This document shows positions 23,361 to 25,695 of a stretch of DNA of 25,695 nucleotides, one piece after another; within the stretch, counting starts at the first letter, position 1; each line of letters opens with the position of its first letter. Below the pieces are notes generated by a model, which saw only the letters and a list, made by a program, of their open reading frames with translations, did not search any database and was not told the DNA's origin. The position numbers and the translations under genes are program-made. This stretch comes from an uncultured virus (IMG/VR IMGVR_UViG_3300024352_000021) (taxonomy: Duplodnaviria; Heunggongvirae; Uroviricota; Caudoviricetes). Location of the stretch: IMG/VR virus record IMGVR_UViG_3300024352_000021; one strand, given 5' to 3'.

Positions 23361-23556
23361 TGAATTGCTCCAATTCGTTAACAATGTCAAGCACGTCCTG
23401 GCGGATGTCGTCGGCGCCCTTGATGCGCACCGCCAAGGCGGTGAGCGCAGCAGCTAAGCAAACCTCCTGCCAGTTGCCTTCCAGCGGGCCAAGTCGCTCG
23501 TAGCGCTCCTCGAACGCTTCCACGATGGCGCGAGCGGCGGGTGAAAGTTCAGACAT
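23353..23556 (-). CDS. Divergent array family A protein
   Basis: 67 aa, MSELSPAARAIVEA...LAAALTALA...VLDIVNELE. Confidence 0.72.
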   Translation of the reverse strand: MSELSPAARAIVEAFEERYERLGPLEGNWQEVCLAAALTALAVRIKGADDIRQDVLDIVNELEQFNG

Positions 23557-23890
23557 TGTCATCCAGCTGCTCCAGTGCGCGGCGGATGGTTTGGGCGGCG
23601 TTGTTGTTGATGTGCCCACCTTCCCAAGCGTTCTCAAGCATCTCAAGCGCCTGCTCCTTCAAGCTCGGCGGTTTGGGGCGGCGGGCGGCGCGGAGATCAG
23701 CCGCAAGACTTTCCCGAAGATCACGAGTGAAGTAGTTGCAGCACGCCTCCAGCTCCTGGTCTGCGCCCCATTGTGCAGCGCGGGTGGCGAGATAGAGATC
23801 GTCCGAGCTGACTTTGGAGAAACCGGGGCCGCCGTAAAACTCGTCGGCCCATTGCTGCACCAGCTCTGACGGTGGGATCAGATTCTCCAT
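23549..23890 (-). CDS. Array family B protein
   Basis: 113 aa, PPSELVQQW...WGADQELEACC...LRAARRPKPPSLKEQALE...TIRRALEQLDD. Confidence 0.78.
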   Translation of the reverse strand: MENLIPPSELVQQWADEFYGGPGFSKVSSDDLYLATRAAQWGADQELEACCNYFTRDLRESLAADLRAARRPKPPSLKEQALEMLENAWEGGHINNNAAQTIRRALEQLDDNV

Positions 23891-24120
23891 TTGATTCCAT
23901 CTCCTTTGAGTCCGTTTGCAGTGATCACAGCTTCAAACAACTGCAGCGCATGGCGAATGCTGTAGATGTCGCCAGTCAAGTCCTCATAGCGGTACGAATC
24001 GTCCTCCTCAAGGGACGTTTCAAGCGCACCATCCATGCGGCGCAGTGCCGTATGGGCAGCGCAGATAGCGCTATACGCTCCATGCAACGCCTCATGCACG
24101 GCATCGTGTGGGTCAGTCAT
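23878..24120 (-). CDS. Array singleton helical protein
   Basis: 80 aa, MTDPHDAVHEAL..., ATGA-coupled. Confidence 0.65.
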   Translation of the reverse strand: MTDPHDAVHEALHGAYSAICAAHTALRRMDGALETSLEEDDSYRYEDLTGDIYSIRHALQLFEAVITANGLKGDGIKWRI

Positions 24121-24503
24121 CGGTTTTCGGTGGTAAAGGTTTTTAGTTCGTCGGCGATGGCGAGGATGCTTCGTCGCGTGATCTCGCGCTGCACCGCGGC
24201 AGCGTTCTCTGGCGGCCCAAATTGATTTTCCGGCACCACCTGATCTGCAGCAGCTCGCAGGGCGGCGGCGGCAATATGGTGCAAGTCTGTGGGGTGTATG
24301 CAGTCGTCTTCAACGGCATCCAGCACCGCCTGCGCGGCGGGTGATAGGTCAGTCATCTTCGCTGGGCAGAATCTCAAGAAGGGATGTGATGCAAGGACGC
24401 GTTGATCAAACGAGCTAATCACAGAAACTGGACCGCCGTATAGCTCTTCCAGCCACTGCCGCACCGGCTCCGACGGTGGGGTGATGGGGTGTTGACTGGT
24501 CAT
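24117..24503 (-). CDS. Chimeric ORF: family B N-terminus fused through an out-of-frame remnant to an intact family A gene (internal ATG 24356)
   Basis: MTSQHPITPPSEPVRQW...YGGP (B-type), then ASHPFLRFCPAK (remnant), then MTDLSPAAQAVLDA... (A-type). Confidence 0.7.
   Translation of the reverse strand: MTSQHPITPPSEPVRQWLEELYGGPVSVISSFDQRVLASHPFLRFCPAKMTDLSPAAQAVLDAVEDDCIHPTDLHHIAAAALRAAADQVVPENQFGPPENAAAVQREITRRSILAIADELKTFTTENR
24247..24357. repeat. 111-bp direct repeat, copy 2
   Basis: See 22747-22857. Confidence 0.95.
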
Positions 24504-24781
24504 TCTTCGACCTCATAGCGCTTGCCGATGGCAGCAGCCCAAGCCACCAGATCACTGGCACGCACAAGCTGCACTCCATCTTCAGGGCCATCGGCAACAC
24601 GCCAATGACATGAGGCAGTGTCCTTCAGGGCGCACTCGATGGCAGACTTCGCGCCCCAGGTTGCAGCCTTAGCAGCGATGTAGAGGGCTTTGTTGCAATG
24701 GGCGGCACCGTTGGTGTCCCATTCGGCTTCCCATTGGCGGATGATTTTGGCGGGTGGAGAGATTAGGCGTTGATCAGTCAT
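24500..24781 (-). CDS. Array protein with divergent family B N-terminus (93 aa)
   Basis: MTDQRLISPPAKIIRQW...LYIAAKAATWGA resembles the B N-half. C-half unrelated. Confidence 0.68.
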   Translation of the reverse strand: MTDQRLISPPAKIIRQWEAEWDTNGAAHCNKALYIAAKAATWGAKSAIECALKDTASCHWRVADGPEDGVQLVRASDLVAWAAAIGKRYEVEE

Positions 24782-24956
24782 CGTCGTCAGGTAGAACTTC
24801 AAGAAGGGATGAGATGCACTGGCCGGTGATGTTCTCAGCGCCGAGGCAGTAGCGCTCGGCTTCGCGCAGTGCCATGCGCAGCCGCTCCACAACGGGCCAG
24901 GGATCGCGTAGCTCGGTGGAGAAGTCTTGAAAGGGTGCTGGGTGGAAGTCGCTCAT
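24774..24956 (-). CDS. Array family C protein (60 aa)
   Basis: MSDFHPAPFQDF...CISSLLEVLPDDDD*. A homologous 3' remnant lies at 24349-24393. Confidence 0.68.
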   Translation of the reverse strand: MSDFHPAPFQDFSTELRDPWPVVERLRMALREAERYCLGAENITGQCISSLLEVLPDDDD

Positions 24957-25477
24957 TGCTGCACCTCCTCTAGCAACAGATCAGCAAGCTCCTCAAAAGG
25001 TGCGAGCCAGTCGTCGTCGCGCTTCCGGTCAATCAACCACGCCGCCACCGTGCGGATCGCAGCGCGGGCTTCTTCCTCCCAGTTGATGGGTTCATCGTCT
25101 CGACCGATAGCGCGGGCTACCTGATCCACCAGCGAATTACCAACTTGGTTTGAAGTAGAAGTTGGCGTCATGCCAACCCTAAAATCGGGCGTCAGTAATG
25201 CTTTTAACTCTGCCTGCTGCTTTGCAGTAAGTTTCAGAGGTTTGCTGATCTGGTGGACTTTTGATGCTTGGCGTTCAGCAGCCTCTAACGATTCAACCCG
25301 GCTAAATAAAGCCACAATGTTTGAATTCGTTTCGACAATGTGCTTGTGAGCCGCATCTTCTAGCGTCTTGACCCTGGCGCGGAGTTCAAGGATGCAGGTT
25401 TGAGGAGCGTAGCCGTATTCATCAGACCAATGCTCTATTTCGGCCCATTGCTTGGGCGTTGCTGTGTAATCAGTCAT
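24953..25477 (-). CDS. Array protein with internal L.L..RV..LE repeat
   Basis: 174 aa: ILELRARVKTLE / IVALFSRVESLE, then SLVDQVARAI...EARAAIRTVAAWL. Confidence 0.7.
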   Translation of the reverse strand: MTDYTATPKQWAEIEHWSDEYGYAPQTCILELRARVKTLEDAAHKHIVETNSNIVALFSRVESLEAAERQASKVHQISKPLKLTAKQQAELKALLTPDFRVGMTPTSTSNQVGNSLVDQVARAIGRDDEPINWEEEARAAIRTVAAWLIDRKRDDDWLAPFEELADLLLEEVQQ

Positions 25478-25695
25478 CGAGTTGCTCCAGTGCGCGGCGG
25501 ATGATTGATAACGCGTTGTCGTCTAGGTAGTCGCTTTCAGGGTCGGTGCAGCCGTCGATCAGCTCCAACGCCTGCTCCTTCAAGCTCGGTGCCTTGGGGC
25601 GGCGGGCGGCGCGGAGCGAAGGGATCAGTTCGGGATGTGTGGCCAGGTTTTGCCAGTGAAGCCACTCACAACACGCCTCCAGTTCCTGGTCGGCG
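25470..25695 (-). CDS. Array family B protein (5'-partial, runs off the window), not in the ORF track
   Basis: ADQELEACCEWLHWQNLATHPELIPSLRAARRPKAPSLKEQALELIDGCTDPESDYLDDNALSIIRRALEQLDD*. Confidence 0.8.
   Translation of the reverse strand, partial: ADQELEACCEWLHWQNLATHPELIPSLRAARRPKAPSLKEQALELIDGCTDPESDYLDDNALSIIRRALEQLDD

Noticed and set aside
22747..24357. 111-bp repeat pair as DGR TR/VR
   Set aside because: The four mismatches (G/A, C/T, T/C, G/A) are not confined to adenines of one copy on one strand.
22257..25695. CRISPR or mini-CRISPR array
   Set aside because: Repeats are in-frame coding blocks with synonymous variation and irregular spacing of hundreds of bp. No cas genes.

Overview
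A 25.7-kb piece of a tailed dsDNA phage genome, most likely a long-tailed (siphovirus-type) phage of picocyanobacteria. The host is inferred from protein families and SD-less, -10-only intergenic gaps, not proven. The + strand arm (1-15090) holds the tail tube, a chaperone pair with an apparent +1/-2 recoding site, a tape measure, tail-tip proteins, a tail fibre, two convergent endonucleases, a holin and a two-domain endolysin. The convergent - strand arm (15087-25695) holds small regulators, family A DNA polymerase, Cys-rich/HTH proteins, DUF3310, and a dCTP deaminase with an adjacent HNH endonuclease. It continues with a highly base-paired ~120-nt intergenic element (candidate pseudoknotted ncRNA) and a >3.4-kb array of small paralogous genes built from reshuffled conserved blocks and joined by a recurrent ATGACTGA start/stop overlap. 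The most striking unexplained items are this modular array and the structured element at its 3' end. All assignments come from motif reading by eye; no database searches were run.
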